A stretch of 64,000 bases of DNA from a virus (taxonomy: Duplodnaviria > Caudoviricetes), in IMG/VR virus record IMGVR_UViG_3300033076_000375, positions 32,001-96,000 of that record; one strand, 5' to 3'. Shown here piece by piece: positions 32,001 through 40,100 of the stretch. A program made the position numbers and the translations under genes. Positions within the stretch are counted from its first letter, which is position 1; each line of letters begins with the position of its first letter. A model generated the notes under the pieces. The model was not told where the DNA came from. It ran no database searches and was given only the letters and a program-made list of their open reading frames with translations.

Positions 32001-33275
32001 CTTGCCTAGAATATTATTTACGTTGATGAAAGAACTATCTTCACGGTCAACAATTCTAATGACACCGTATATTTCAGAATTCTCGCCATGCTGATAGTAG
32101 TAAGTATCACACGGTGCAGTGACGAAGGGTGCTAGTATAATTTCACCATATTCGTTTTTCACGAAATCACGCCCATTGTACTGAGTACCATATTTGATTT
32201 TCATCAACGCATTGATTGGTAGAGGGTCAGCTTCAACCATCTCGATGAATTGACCATTAACAGGGTCACCCACATAAACAATTCTAAACACATGAGCAGA
32301 GAGTCTAGAGAAGGCAGTTTCATCAAAACTAGTATTATCAAATTCTTCACCTGTAGTGTCGAACAACTTTGTAATATTACCTGTATCTGTTATGTCATGA
32401 CCATAGAACAATACAGTTTTGCCATCCAAGTCAGTGATGCCATCAATAGAAACGGAACCAGCTGGCTTTGAATGAATATCATTAAAGTTCAAAGTAGTAA
32501 CTAAATCGATATCAATACCTCTGCTCAATTCCCAATCTGCTTGGGCATTTGCTGCTGGCACTTCGAATTTAATAGTACCGGTTGATACACCATTGTTTTG
32601 CAAACCAAAAATGTCACGGGTACTGATGTTAGGTCTACTTTCAAAATGACCAGAAACACCTTTTGCCATTTGGATGTAGAACGGTGAATCTTGTGACACG
32701 TTAAAGTAATATGTTCCACCACGTACCAGTGTTAATTCAGGGTTATGGTCGCCGATTAGTTCATTTTTTGCACTAACAGAAAATGCCAACGGTGATGATG
32801 TAATAGTGTAAGCGATACTTTTAGTCAATAAAGTGTTCGAAACTGTGACTGCTTCAGGACCTCCTGGTAACCAGTAATATTGGCTGTAATTGACTAACTT
32901 ATCTAAATCACAAAAGCTATCAAATGAATAGAATTGGTTTGAGAATAATTTTGATTCTGGTGCGACACTTCCTGCAAGGTGCAACGCATCAGTCAACTCA
33001 GGATATGTCATCACATCTAACGGGATGTTAGTGGCTTTCTTTTTAAATACAACTGCCGGATTGAGTTGATAATTAGAACGTTTCTGTGTAGGCTCGGTTA
33101 AGTACTTGTCAGAAGAACCAACACCGTAACCAAATTTACTACCAACATAGCCCTGTAGTTTTTGAACTTTCGGGGCTTGTGCTAAAGTATCTAATGTAGA
33201 AGTAAGGAATTCTTCATTTGATTTTGTTCTAAAGATTTCTGGCAAGAAATCAAGTGTTCTAACTCTGTTTGTCAT
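17091..33275 (-). CDS. giant (5394 aa) baseplate wedge / structural protein (gp7-like position)
   Basis: Uninterrupted 16-kb ORF directly after the gp6-like gene; YINEIKPY motif, FG-GAP-like repeats, C-terminal beta-rich repeats. Confidence 0.75.
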   Translation of the reverse strand: MTNRVRTLDFLPEIFRTKSNEEFLTSTLDTLAQAPKVQKLQGYVGSKFGYGVGSSDKYLTEPTQKRSNYQLNPAVVFKKKATNIPLDVMTYPELTDALHLAGSVAPESKLFSNQFYSFDSFCDLDKLVNYSQYYWLPGGPEAVTVSNTLLTKSIAYTITSSPLAFSVSAKNELIGDHNPELTLVRGGTYYFNVSQDSPFYIQMAKGVSGHFESRPNISTRDIFGLQNNGVSTGTIKFEVPAANAQADWELSRGIDIDLVTTLNFNDIHSKPAGSVSIDGITDLDGKTVLFYGHDITDTGNITKLFDTTGEEFDNTSFDETAFSRLSAHVFRIVYVGDPVNGQFIEMVEADPLPINALMKIKYGTQYNGRDFVKNEYGEIILAPFVTAPCDTYYYQHGENSEIYGVIRIVDREDSSFINVNNILGKQTYTSPNGVVFSNGLKVEFAGNIYPTEYATGQYYVEGVGTSIELVPISELIVPERFAYAESSDYDGQPYDVGPFNGTTFLPIEKDYITIARNSKNKNAWSRGNRWFHIDVLKTTIEHNPGAKLASRALGNVELMAKRPIIEFYPNLKMMNSGTSSVNNITYINFTETDALKTVAGSLDFLPDGALSTLYNGAKVLFANDNSTEVKTTVYSVFYSETVDSAQVVITNCSDVTVNSDGSANVTYTIPAQETVIPKGKYLSMVSGANSSFQGTYKVVASTNTQVTLLYPTAPVSNWDNIGSSYLITNLELTLTPFETAKYMDQVTVASGAKSGKIYYFDGSSWLPAQEKTYVNQMPLFDIVDANGHSLSDMDFYPSTTFSGSTLFQYSIGSGANDPELHFPVKYNFIQNVGDIEFTVSLNSETFVYNLNGKEVTENVRTGYVVNDGEYQLGWQTAVEESFQYQVFNMVYTGTPFEPTFICDVPVKSSSDTAWATSVVYVDNVRKSSADYTITTDGKTTTVTLVDYPSVGTTVDIMLLSDLTSQIGYYQIPLNLDHNPYNEQITALTLGDLRGHYKTMFNNAPGLTGQAFGANNFRDLANLVPYGTRIIQNSAPLTLPAAFLRNNGFNFFDAITFNSNEYAKYKALLVNTLENNDFTYIDTASGLLDEVVEIITEPKTSTNSFFWSDMLPAKNKTSSKVYTFKSVLDNAEFNLTKIYDFENANYSSVLVYLTRKEATGIVTTQLTRTVDYVVSADEAKLVITKELVPGDKIEINEYHQTYASFVPSTPTKLGLYPAFIPEVVLDSSYVTPTWFIKGHDGSYNRLYGQYNNGVLTDARDRVLFEFEQRVFNNLKVLNKTTPIKYADVVPGFFRTSTDETATFSSVYETQFMNWVGMNRIDYKSQSFDQSNDWTWNYSGSKIKLNNTTVAAGGWRGIYLWLYDTTTPHFTPWEMLGLTIKPTWWDSHYGEAPYTSDNLIMWQDIANGYVWNNGNSYIVDTAIRPGLMSIIPVDSQGRLVSPFGNCISSYDVGTFKQQWMMGDVGPAEYAYRKSSAWAFDLVRVIALQSPAKFFNLNIDLDYYQYSAKFNQFLTNERYRISPPEITIYGTDDTTAAHSYINWIVDYVNQSGSIGSEDIKSLFNNTDVRLTYNVAGFTNKDMIKFFTENSSASSSKASLIPEDSYSILLHRNQAVDSITYTSVIIQRSDAGYRVYGNKLTNAFFEVFTPISGLYQTVSVNGKSLQIATKYSPTPAIIPYGHEFKTIESLLEFVKGYGLFLESQGMKFDDTENSVELNWDQMISEILYWIQTGWDVGSTVNVNPAANVLRINTPNAIVEPLTLSKQNFVLNQNLLPISLTDLSIHRNGTELTIKALNAGDALSYFTGHVGSIEHIVVFDNKTEFGDTIVNLVTGLRQQRLYVKGTKTDEWQGYVNNAGFIMSLDSITDWVQNAKYIKGQVVKYKNDYWMANKSIINPSSTFETSNWVKTSYDLVQQRMLPNQSTRSLESTMFYDLNSSNISVDSDLLGFSLIGYRPRDYMASADLSSVSQVKMHSEAISVKGTTSASTMLNNASIKGENVEYTVHENWAIKNAEFGGINNHNYVQFGLSESLLSSNPATVSLISHTRVDGVDQEVAFSDVTNYGRTLANEFILPELAKDTDEVLRSAGYVHLDDVIETGYSVDNFNDAAINAIYRNDYIWVANKDNKWDVFTPVPVASQVVSASNNLNGTVTIVFNAPHGILTNQVIGLQNFDTRFDGYHVVESVPSLTSLIVYKSVDSTVTSVTGSGLVFLLQSYRVNTPRDIPYLPLNHSEYDPAKVWVDQSSDGSWKVFKKELNYKHTQVGEKASTSSLGDAVAYVPGIGYFAGDKTEGTVTVFASIKDDGVYYPKSSITYSGTNFGSAIKHANKTIVISAPHSTISQIFIYRDATEDGFSQPVLEQTIVWAGAASDIVGESIAISGDGNHIFMNAKSGNYDSVFMYSLDPSLLKTGLGLPLASDITVNSNSFSVDGNATQTIKDGQRISFATSFAQLAPLAENFVPDRNDAVDNIRESFKLSGNQTSLLSNGDTVSFGNTHLKNTLFTVILSSYLPDEDKTMFYIEQQPVLMVGLTNGVPTQFPTINAGTMVYKVSFDDSAVYTVLTKSYVSATNKTIFYVQDKFNHSVPSGSQLYLATMNYELVSIISTSEVVGYVPGDNFGASIATNYDGTKLFIGAPKHNQSGSQIATGTMYAFDRLSQTFEVQRDIPKSSTHIVVLPWYPSISALVYKNGKRLRTNQYVLILNAIYFGHIGFDAGDIITIKDSKVVQTGSFINGAPDTLRSGQWFGYSMDCSSDGTELIVGAPYALTSDGYEGAVYRFTDPGKRYGMLVGVTPAALNEPTYLLLNGYKVNAFNVIGMQSSVTTNSTSVTLSVSDAKLLPASGVIRFRKNTNDTFDIAYNKVNPTTGVVSFGTVGYISGYTTPVNDSNAVVQDGTLVRLTGNITKGMSVSFTDVENVSGLMTIESYSLYQLDQANTVLYTGDLISGTTLTRLYASRSDAMSGTNPLQVQNINTGNAKTLYAEQFPYSVTCTSSDTQIYAPLGSATNIANKINESNITNIFAYATEDGRLVIRLRDMSLAPSMNKLNLSVFNGNFWTMLGMMPYPMTQTITSPHKEHNTKFGFSVKYNEANSFVVGAPTSTRFAATRFDYTDATTAHTDTAFDNNMTLWEESFTNAGAVYMYDYIDSYEEALDNMGKYVYSQPCNDTATVYGAAPMFGSSVDFNNNRVVVGSPGFDGTGGKVIILKNDVGTPNWSVHRTSEQVVDISKISKIQLFDNTTNVSEASLDYFDPLQGKLLSVVEANIDFTRSSDPAAYNNGDTTVTISWGADQVGKIWFNTANVRFYNYHQKSDVQYNSKYWGVVFPGSDVAVYTWVESNVTPALYTGTGTVLNTTQFSVSFTTDSTNALVPKYYFWVKNTNILSASLGKTLPDSAIATYIQYPQESGVPFVAPLRTNVFGLYNSADFINGGTTSIHIGFSTSNRDVSGHTEFKLISTNSTDFLPGLPDRKKGETEPYGLYAKYIDSFAGEDVIGATVPDASLPKLMQIGVSVRPRQSMFVDRLLALKNFIEYTNNVMSQYPVAETSAATFLHVATDTVDTTKYWDYAYWWATGYSEKTRPKFEVESLEDLKTIPVVENLIVSVSKNSNGNREVYTVKNSEWVRIGLENGTYQFLSTVYDYSPEGIGFGNGFFDLEMYDSNTATETRYIVRAINEQIFVGDLEHHRNKSLTLMFEYIQSENIESHNYLPWLNKTKFADVNYKVRTLKQTPKYIADETTLVEGYINEIKPYSVVIKEFVETYASTDVVNGTVTDFDLPAYYDFEAGKFVSPQVVFGVSSNPDQKAINDAVWGDYRYFDWMNNLGMSIKGGEAQHITNIVEYADATTTDIYVENAYTLPYQGIMFLGDEQIGYTSIDRHFGKLIGVTRGANNTPQSIHHIGTPVYMYTPDVFVLNPGKNYQLPPKITAYIDTSIYPEPRSEAIFEAVMQDDKVVGVTVIQPGEGYVTTPELIVEPSATYTFDNFSSDAVNANNLINTTESALFTSIDVSQNISSYDVVKVESITTGSPVIANGFYYVKVSQGSGNFILTFFETYKDAKTDKKGIQFNKDIITNGYVLNVHVTAQVLPTMKTTGVRGLKTTVKFDRVSYTSKVKEWKPNTYWSSPYSSLGNDASSSEESSASMILSSSQGVVLPITGVRNQDGFAVVGLDYTYSNIKPGQLDGALLQFYKVTPSYTPAIVDGTNGRAEIQIFRPKFGGNSLSEVYTIKIINPGSIYMNDYTIRISGSELGGQDGVNDATILIKYANENTGAILVASISGRAAGTFDEFYVKPVNDSEVNVYVDAGMIRRAPFNGFIWNGALNATQAFGETGNDYAYLPEPVVRDVFSRHDEVSLVSYAGVIWACKESNSDAEFDPAKWTAMTTADVAMTALERIDGFYQPTAGMVPKDHQQLLKGITYPNTVYFGNKFAPEDIVDEDVILTDNLFTNSEADVKGVVFVDTKYVAVATYQGSTFVLTQTVSGTWQSSKIIEKELPVTSFTCANEIYTITTSDDSNPLFVSFDGVRWIGVGERTTFDTLDYDDGSYDDSSLQVELGGILNSTVINDKFFTVGYKIDTSIGGLVWETQHQIGNKNRIHKELTDIAYVDTGSYTGYLAIGSQIIITSGADTPAPELETAALLLTSPDSINWTSVSPVTTEFIPVALVVTSEIVVVVCKSGKIVYTDNATTWIEASIIGDTVTADIIDVAYGNGMFLAITASDVILTSTDGMAWEQTISPVNSILTTVTFTNGNFVLTGTLGTICISSNCVTWENILIQTASDTTYVVKGNDFLFGYGPEELVAGVVTDTVNMTITSAPGAYWNRDGSEQFWYYASGFSMIQVKRVVDTTLTVTFDEVVANGAGASVFIVETDGSMTRMYENFTATALPYTYHVNWCTKTVTFDDDYLIGKTVLLELYEFGNAVERQRASTETMPLFDDINTGHSSINTGLPMLYGKDIEPVVYAQKQGEHLTRLTFGLDFSTYRNDEDHLILALGDTYDAATDYVVYSIVRTGKSTDDIDEHYVSLPETQFFTEGGTEFVISLEVTKLPIPNFRNSIPSAIVEVDGKRLRDLHDYLIDENTFTLTLLNEVDAGQVVAVTMFNGITRQYMSTAHETMSSDELTFSLTIPSPVALVPSPMAPIVYTNGQRAWVTVDGNRIDPSLVSFGDNNVMSVNYPVQAGQIVMATAMVSSAAPNEQTYRIEIDKHNNKVIRRMNTEDTTWLVAEINEADTEIRVAKAEYLVEAAQAHSTVEQLDDGTLYAFTNSFFSDVSGVMIFDVTKGLTVPYDFTHLKMIAGRPAVVFNDFVDVGDELTLTLYRGDTVEINGEKIHFTEVDLTNNLLLGITRGAYGTQIQTHHPVNSRIISLSSAKVMDSKYYDMLWTDSEIFEYHRFEIPLQLSNTEPAKFLRMNNI

Positions 33276-33295
33276 TACTTTATTTACCTATTTTT

Positions 33296-36200
33296 TTAAC
33301 CTGCAATTTGTAATGCTGCGGCTGTTAACGCAGAGATTACAACGATGTCACTAGCTTGTGCAGCACTAGTAAAAATCTCATATGGTGCGCTCTTAATTTC
33401 ATATAAGTCACCAAAAGACATTGATGGGTCAACTGGTACTAAAACCGCTGAACTAATCAAGTCACCTAAAACTGAGTGTAGGTATGCACTCAATTCACTA
33501 AAATAAAAGGTGTCGCCGAAGTCCCAGTTATCAATGCTGAAGTAGTTGTTCATTTCTGTAATAATAGCGGATCTAATCTCACTATCACTAGCATTTGTTG
33601 TGCTTGACTTAATTACCTTGATTGTTGCACGTAATGAAGTTTCAGCTTTGCTACCGAAAAGTGGTTTGAATCTTACACTATTTAATATCACACTATCCGT
33701 CAACATTTTATAGTCGTTGACTTTGTTATATGCCTCAGATAGTTCTGCGATAGTAGGTCTTAATGGCTCTGTGATTGTACCTGTGGTATCGTTCAACCAG
33801 TTATTATATCTGGTTAAGTAATCTTGTGTTACCAAGTACATGTCAATAATAGTAGACGTTGATGGGTCAACTCTATGTGAATCCCCAGAGATATGTTTAT
33901 ATTGGAAGTACAAACCTTGTCTACCTATCTTAACTGAGTAGTTTGATAGTAACTCTAAGTTCACGATGTTTTCTGCTGTCGTGTCATTGACTGATTGATA
34001 GAATTTGTTTTCTAGTACAGCGTAAAAAATTTGTCCAACTGGATATTCATATTTCACGATTGCAATATCAGATTGAGTGCCGTAATTGTGTACAACTGAA
34101 GAAGTTGGTACTAATTCTACACGAGTCAATCGATTCACATCGGTTACTATCTTAAAGAATGTAAAGTGCGCAGTGTTGCGAGTACTAAATTGGTATCCTG
34201 TCACTTGAGTAAAGAAGTCAGGATCTTTGAATTTATTGTTAGTAGTAATATCACCCAAAGAAACTTCAACACTAAAGTCATCAACGTATCCATCTGTCTC
34301 TGTTGTTTGACCAACAACATTCATTGAAATATCACGTGCTAGTGGATAATTATTTCCAAACTGTGAGTTGGTCTTCAAGACTGTAATAGTATCTTGTGCT
34401 ACTTTGCTAGTAATAGGATCGTACACTGAACGATTGCGTTCGAACGTAAATCTAATATCAGCAACGCTACCGAAATAGAATGTCAAGGATCTATACGACA
34501 CAATGTACTTACCGTAACCCAAGCATCTAAAACGTACAAAATAACCAGTTGAGTTGTATGAATCAATCATCCAACGCTCTTGCGTTGCTAACAATGTATT
34601 ATCATAGACTAGAGAAAAATCACGAGATAATGTAATATTGTTTACGATTTCTTGCATGAACCCAGAACTAAATTCGTTTGTGAACGACGGGATGACCGTA
34701 TCTAAAATTGCTCCGTCAGGTATATAGTTGGTCAATGTGATAGGTCCCATTCCTGTAGGTAAGTTACCAACACCACTGTTCGATCCATCACCTATTACGG
34801 TTGCAACTGAAGTCCATGCGTATGTGATGTCGCTAGGTCCAGGGATACCTGATACTAGTTTATTATTTGAATTAAAATACTTACCTGTCGGTGCAACAAA
34901 CTTAATCATTGACCCTGCAGTCAGGTATTTAATATTATTACCTGCTGAGGGTCCCACTGATACAGGTGAATTACCAGCATTATAAAAATAACCAGTACTT
35001 GATTCAGAACTAAAGGCTGTTTGATTCCAATAGATTACCCCATCACCTGTGCCTGCGTTGATGCTAAAACGTGTGTAGGCTTGTGAATAATATTGGTACG
35101 CACGATGTCCGCCTAACTCTGATGCTAGTTTACGAGTTAAGAAGTTGATAATGTCATTTGTGGTTGATGCAGTAAACGAAATAAAGTCATCATTGATATC
35201 CAAATACAATCCACCGTCTTCAGCAAAGTCATTTGTGCTCGAATATTTACCAGTCGGATCAGCTAAGTCAAAATTGCGACTTACACCTACGCTTGTTCTA
35301 TTAATAGCTTTTGATTTGACAATCGAGTTAAACATTGTGAACGGGAAGTTGTTATAATCTTCACCGTTGACCATACGATTTTGTGTGTAGAAACGCTGAG
35401 GAGCACGAATCTTAATGTCTGTTAGAGTTTCACGTGCTTGGGCTGTTGCATTTGGCAACATTAATTCTAATGATAAGGTTAACTTTTCAATTCTATTGTT
35501 TTTGCTGATATATGATATAGTTACAGTTGTGCCTTGCATTTCGCTAGGGTCGATTACATATGACAAACCGTTACTTGTTCTAACATAAGTTGCAAAATTA
35601 CCCACTGGCATCTCACCGAACACACCGTCACCGAAGTTACATGTAATTTGGTCGTTATATCCTGAAGTGACGCTGAATAGTTTTTTAGTTGAAGATGTGG
35701 ATTGACTAGCGAATACGCTTTCAACTTTCTTCCACTCAGTTGGTAACAATGTGATTGGATCATATTCATATAACCATACATCATCATTGTTGATACCTTG
35801 AATAGTTACATCAATGTTTTGATTCTCAACTTGAGTATCAAAAGCAAATGGGAATTGTTGTAGTGAACCTTGTTTGAAATAAACAAAGAATCCTGTGTTG
35901 CTACTACTAAATCCTAATTTGTCATTTCTATACAAAATGTTAAAAACAGAGCTTGATCCGGGTGAAATTTCATATAGTTTATCTGACCCAACACTAGTCA
36001 TGCTAACACACTCGAATGGCATATTATTACCATCAACAACTGCACCGAAGGGGGCAGTTGGTGTTGCATTTGCGGGGATTCGCATTGAGTATTCGTCTGT
36101 CTTGATTTCTAAAATGTTGGCAGAATGCCCAGGTCGACCAACACGTTGTCCGTCAACTAATGCGGCGTTGATAATTGCATTGAATTGTTCTTGCCAATTT

Positions 36201-36649
36201 ACATTTGAGGCATCGTTCCATAATACAGTAACGTTATTCAATGAAAAGTTGTTAACGTCTTTGATTTGTTCTGTTGTAGAGATTGCAGTAATCTTCAAGT
36301 ATCCATGACTAGCAGTGTTACGCTTAGGTGTGTACCCAACTAGTTTAGCTAACTTGACTACGGAGTCACGGCGCTCGGCAGTGTCGATGAAGTTTTCACG
36401 GGTGTTCAAGTCGTTACGGAATGCAAGACCTTGACCCATGAATGCGATAACATCTAATAAAGCAACATATTCTGAACTCTCAACATAGTCATTGAATGTT
36501 TCAGGATAGTTAGTACGTAGATAATCGACCATCGATTTTCTAAGAGTTTCGTAGTCGTAGCTTTGGAAGTCTGCTTGACTATAATTCTTATAGATTGATT
36601 TCCAATCGTTTATGCCGAATAAAGATGTTTGTCTTGAACTGTTAGCCAT
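33296..36649 (-). CDS. gp6: baseplate wedge subunit (T4 gp6-like)
   Basis: DFQSYDYETLRKSMVDYLR..YPETFNDY.ESSE, ENFIDTAERRDSV..LA..VGY.PKR, FGDGVFG..P, RMVNGEDY. Confidence 0.85.
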   Translation of the reverse strand: MANSSRQTSLFGINDWKSIYKNYSQADFQSYDYETLRKSMVDYLRTNYPETFNDYVESSEYVALLDVIAFMGQGLAFRNDLNTRENFIDTAERRDSVVKLAKLVGYTPKRNTASHGYLKITAISTTEQIKDVNNFSLNNVTVLWNDASNVNWQEQFNAIINAALVDGQRVGRPGHSANILEIKTDEYSMRIPANATPTAPFGAVVDGNNMPFECVSMTSVGSDKLYEISPGSSSVFNILYRNDKLGFSSSNTGFFVYFKQGSLQQFPFAFDTQVENQNIDVTIQGINNDDVWLYEYDPITLLPTEWKKVESVFASQSTSSTKKLFSVTSGYNDQITCNFGDGVFGEMPVGNFATYVRTSNGLSYVIDPSEMQGTTVTISYISKNNRIEKLTLSLELMLPNATAQARETLTDIKIRAPQRFYTQNRMVNGEDYNNFPFTMFNSIVKSKAINRTSVGVSRNFDLADPTGKYSSTNDFAEDGGLYLDINDDFISFTASTTNDIINFLTRKLASELGGHRAYQYYSQAYTRFSINAGTGDGVIYWNQTAFSSESSTGYFYNAGNSPVSVGPSAGNNIKYLTAGSMIKFVAPTGKYFNSNNKLVSGIPGPSDITYAWTSVATVIGDGSNSGVGNLPTGMGPITLTNYIPDGAILDTVIPSFTNEFSSGFMQEIVNNITLSRDFSLVYDNTLLATQERWMIDSYNSTGYFVRFRCLGYGKYIVSYRSLTFYFGSVADIRFTFERNRSVYDPITSKVAQDTITVLKTNSQFGNNYPLARDISMNVVGQTTETDGYVDDFSVEVSLGDITTNNKFKDPDFFTQVTGYQFSTRNTAHFTFFKIVTDVNRLTRVELVPTSSVVHNYGTQSDIAIVKYEYPVGQIFYAVLENKFYQSVNDTTAENIVNLELLSNYSVKIGRQGLYFQYKHISGDSHRVDPSTSTIIDMYLVTQDYLTRYNNWLNDTTGTITEPLRPTIAELSEAYNKVNDYKMLTDSVILNSVRFKPLFGSKAETSLRATIKVIKSSTTNASDSEIRSAIITEMNNYFSIDNWDFGDTFYFSELSAYLHSVLGDLISSAVLVPVDPSMSFGDLYEIKSAPYEIFTSAAQASDIVVISALTAAALQIAG

Positions 36650-36698
36650 AGTTGTATGCTCTCTTTATAGTATTTATCATACCAAAAAAGTGCTTTTT

Positions 36699-37148
36699 TT
36701 AGCTGTTGACGGTGGCTTTTCCTGTAGTTTGGTCGAATATAATTTGCAATAACTGTACGTCATCGAAAGCATTGATATACAGTTGCATCTCAACTGCAAT
36801 TCCGGTATCCATAGCATATATGTTAACTTGAGTTAGTGTTATTCTAGGATCCATTGAGGCTAGTCTAACCAATTCTTCCTCAATTTTTGCAGAAGTAGTT
36901 GAGTCGTTTGGTTCAAAAATATATTGCCAAATCGTTGTGCCATAGCCAGGATTTCCCGGTTTTGACCCTTGCGGAATATTCAATGCGTTGACAAAATCTC
37001 GGACGACCAACTCTCTGTCAGTTAGTCTAAACTTCCTACCGGACGTTGTTTTGGGTCCAACTGAGATGAATCCTGATGTACCTTGTGGTTGTGCTGCAGG
37101 TTTGATTGCATCTGCATTTTGTGTGTTGAAACCAAAGAATGTTGCCAT
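36699..37148 (-). CDS. gp25: baseplate wedge subunit (gp25/GPW-like)
   Basis: LNIPQGSKPGNPGYGTTIWQYIFEP...DPRI; directly upstream of gp6. Confidence 0.8.
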   Translation of the reverse strand: MATFFGFNTQNADAIKPAAQPQGTSGFISVGPKTTSGRKFRLTDRELVVRDFVNALNIPQGSKPGNPGYGTTIWQYIFEPNDSTTSAKIEEELVRLASMDPRITLTQVNIYAMDTGIAVEMQLYINAFDDVQLLQIIFDQTTGKATVNS

Positions 37149-37161
37149 AATGATATTTATC

Positions 37162-40100
37162 TTAGCCTATTTTGTCCATATCCGCAAGAGCTTGTTTATA
37201 CTCAGCGTATGCCGCTACTGTTGCTGGATCACTTCTGCTTCCTGTTGATTCCAGAGATGCCTCATATGCTTTCTGAGTATCTTTAACTTTATCGGCTGCG
37301 GCTCTACGTTGTTTACTTAATTCAACCAATGATGCAGTATCTACAGGAGGTGCAGAATCACCAAACTTCAATGCTGGAATCTTAGGATCACCTAGCAATT
37401 CTTTACTCTTAGCTGCGATAGCGCCTGCATCAAAACCACCTTCAGATACTGTAGGTAACTTAATACCCAATCCTCCGCCTGTACCCAATGAGCCGATAGC
37501 GCCCTTGAGTTTAGCTGCAGGATCTGAACCTAACATAGATAGTGCTTGACCAGCAAGACTGTTACTGCCCAGTGCTGCCTTAGCCATTCCCACAGCACTA
37601 TTGATAGAACTACTTGAAGTTGAACTCACTAGATTTTTAATAGATGACCCAATCGAATCTAATCCAGGTACATCCATCTTACCACTAGTCAAGCTGTTTG
37701 TCAAGCCATCAGATGATCCAGTTGACGACAACATATTTGTTCCCTTAGATAGCAATGAAGATGCAGAGTCGCCCAACTTAGATGCTGTTGTCATTAACCC
37801 CTTAGCAGAATCTAATGCACCTTTAACATCGTTCGGTAACATACCACCTAAACTTGTAGTTGCTTTATTGAGTGCAGCCATTGGATTAAAGTCACTCGCT
37901 GCCTTCTTAGCAGAATCGAGCAATCCACCGGCAGACGCATCAGCCGCATCATTCTTTAATTTTTCGGCTGATAAACTTACTGGCTCACCTGCTTTGAAAT
38001 CTTTAAATTTAGCAGTCACTGAGGCAAACGCAGACTCTGCTGAATCTTTCAACGAAGATAAACCATCTTTCAATTTATCACCCAAGCCACTTAGACCTGA
38101 CAATGCTTTATCAGCTAACCCAGTAGCGAAATTACCACCGGCAATTTGTTTACCGATATCACCACCTAATGGATTAGGAATCTTAGAAGCGTCAAGTCCC
38201 AAGCCTGTTGGCATACTCGGTAAACTGAATCCAGATGGAGTAGCACCTTTGACAAAATCCATTGTTGCTTTCAATCCAGATGTAGCAGTTGCCATAATCA
38301 AACCACCCGTTTGAGTTGGGCTTTCTTTACCTGAAATTAATCCAGATTGTTTCAATAAACTTTCACCCTTAGCAAGTAACGATGAAGCCGCACCGACTTG
38401 AGCAGTAGTACTCTTAACAAAATCAGATGTATTGTTAACTCCGTCTTTGCCAGTGAACAAGTTTGGTGTCAATGCTTGCTCGATTGATTTGCCACTTGCA
38501 ACAGCAGCGGTGACTGCTGCCCCAGCACCTGGCTTCAATGTACCTGCATCTTCCATTTGTTGCGGTGTCATTGCAAGTTGACCAACTGCTGCGGTTTGTT
38601 CTCCAGTGGGGGCTGTTACAACTTTTGCACCTTCTTTAACTGCATCGGCTGCAGGTCCAGTTGCCGCATTAACAGACATCTGTGATACCATTGTTGTGGT
38701 GCTTGCTTTGTCTAATGTAGGTGAGGCTGCTGGTGATGCTGGCACTGAAGCAGCCAGTGCAGGACTTGTTGTTTTATCAGGAGCTGCCGGTGCCGTTGCG
38801 TTAGCTGCCGCTACTGCAGGAGCAGGAGATGCAGGGAAGTTAGCTGCCGCATCTAAATTGACTTTAACATCAACACCTTTGCCTGCGCCATCCCATGGAC
38901 TATGTGCAGGTGCTCTGCTTGTGATACTTGCGAGTTTACCCGGAGCTGCTGCATAACCCTTAGCCGAATCATTTAATGTATCGCTATGTTTTGTTTCTTT
39001 TAATGGTGTAACATCAGCCGGAGTCAATGGCATACTACCAGTGTTCAGATTAACTTTTGCACCGGTAATGTAAGCATCGCCGCCGGCAGTCATGCCAGCA
39101 TTGCTGCCTGCTTTAACTGCAAATTGCGATTCAACTTTGATTGAATGATTTGCTTTTACTTGCTGTTTCAAATCAGCACCAACAAGTTGTGTTGTTTCTT
39201 TTGTACTTTCAAAACGCATATTCTCAGCACGAATGTTCAAGTCTTTAGTTGCGTTGATATTGATGTTATTATCTGCGTGAAGGTTTAAATCACCCATTGT
39301 TCTAACGTTGACTGAGTTAGTTGAGTACATATCGATTGTACCTTCTTTACCCAACTCAATATAACTTTGTCCGTTAGCGTGAATAATGAACAATGTACCG
39401 GCACTGTCATTCATCATAACCATGTGCCCTGATGATGTGCGTAATCTCAATAACTGGTCCCTACCTTGCAAATCACCATCATCCATAACGAATGAGTGAC
39501 CGCCCAAACGACCTGTCACTTTGAAATTACTATCAGGTGCCGATGTGTCTTTAACTGCGTCTTTGATTGAATTATCATCGTAGCCACCACCGTAGATAGG
39601 ACGTCCGGGTGTACTCATACCAAATACACGACTAGGTGTTTCACGTGTTGAGCTTGAACCAATAGTACCTCTATCAGGATCTCTTAATAAGCCTTGTTTG
39701 TTTAAGATAGCCGCTTGATAACTATGAATAGGTCTAGGTTGATTCGACAAATCAGGAGATCCTGATTGTTTATCATTTGCGTTATTGAACTCGGCAACCG
39801 GTAGTCTAGTGGCGCCGCCATAACTTTTTGATTCGGGTCCATTAGCGATGATGTTGTCAGTTGCACCGATAGCAGGAACCATGTGGTTCAATCCTGTCTT
39901 AGGTATTGAACCTATATAATAGCCGAAGTTAGGATCACCGTTTTCAAATACACAAAGAACTTCTGTACCTATATCAGGTGGGGTAGCCCAGAATCCATAA
40001 CTGTTAGGGTTACCTGAGTATGTTCCGTTTGAATCTTTACTGCCAGTGTTGGGTGTATATCCAAAGAAAGGACTCAAGTAGTTAACAGTAACCCAACTGT

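Noticed and set aside
37601-38956. Long + strand ORFs (237 and 116 aa) opposite gp5
   Set aside because: Antisense shadows of a low-complexity, codon-biased gene
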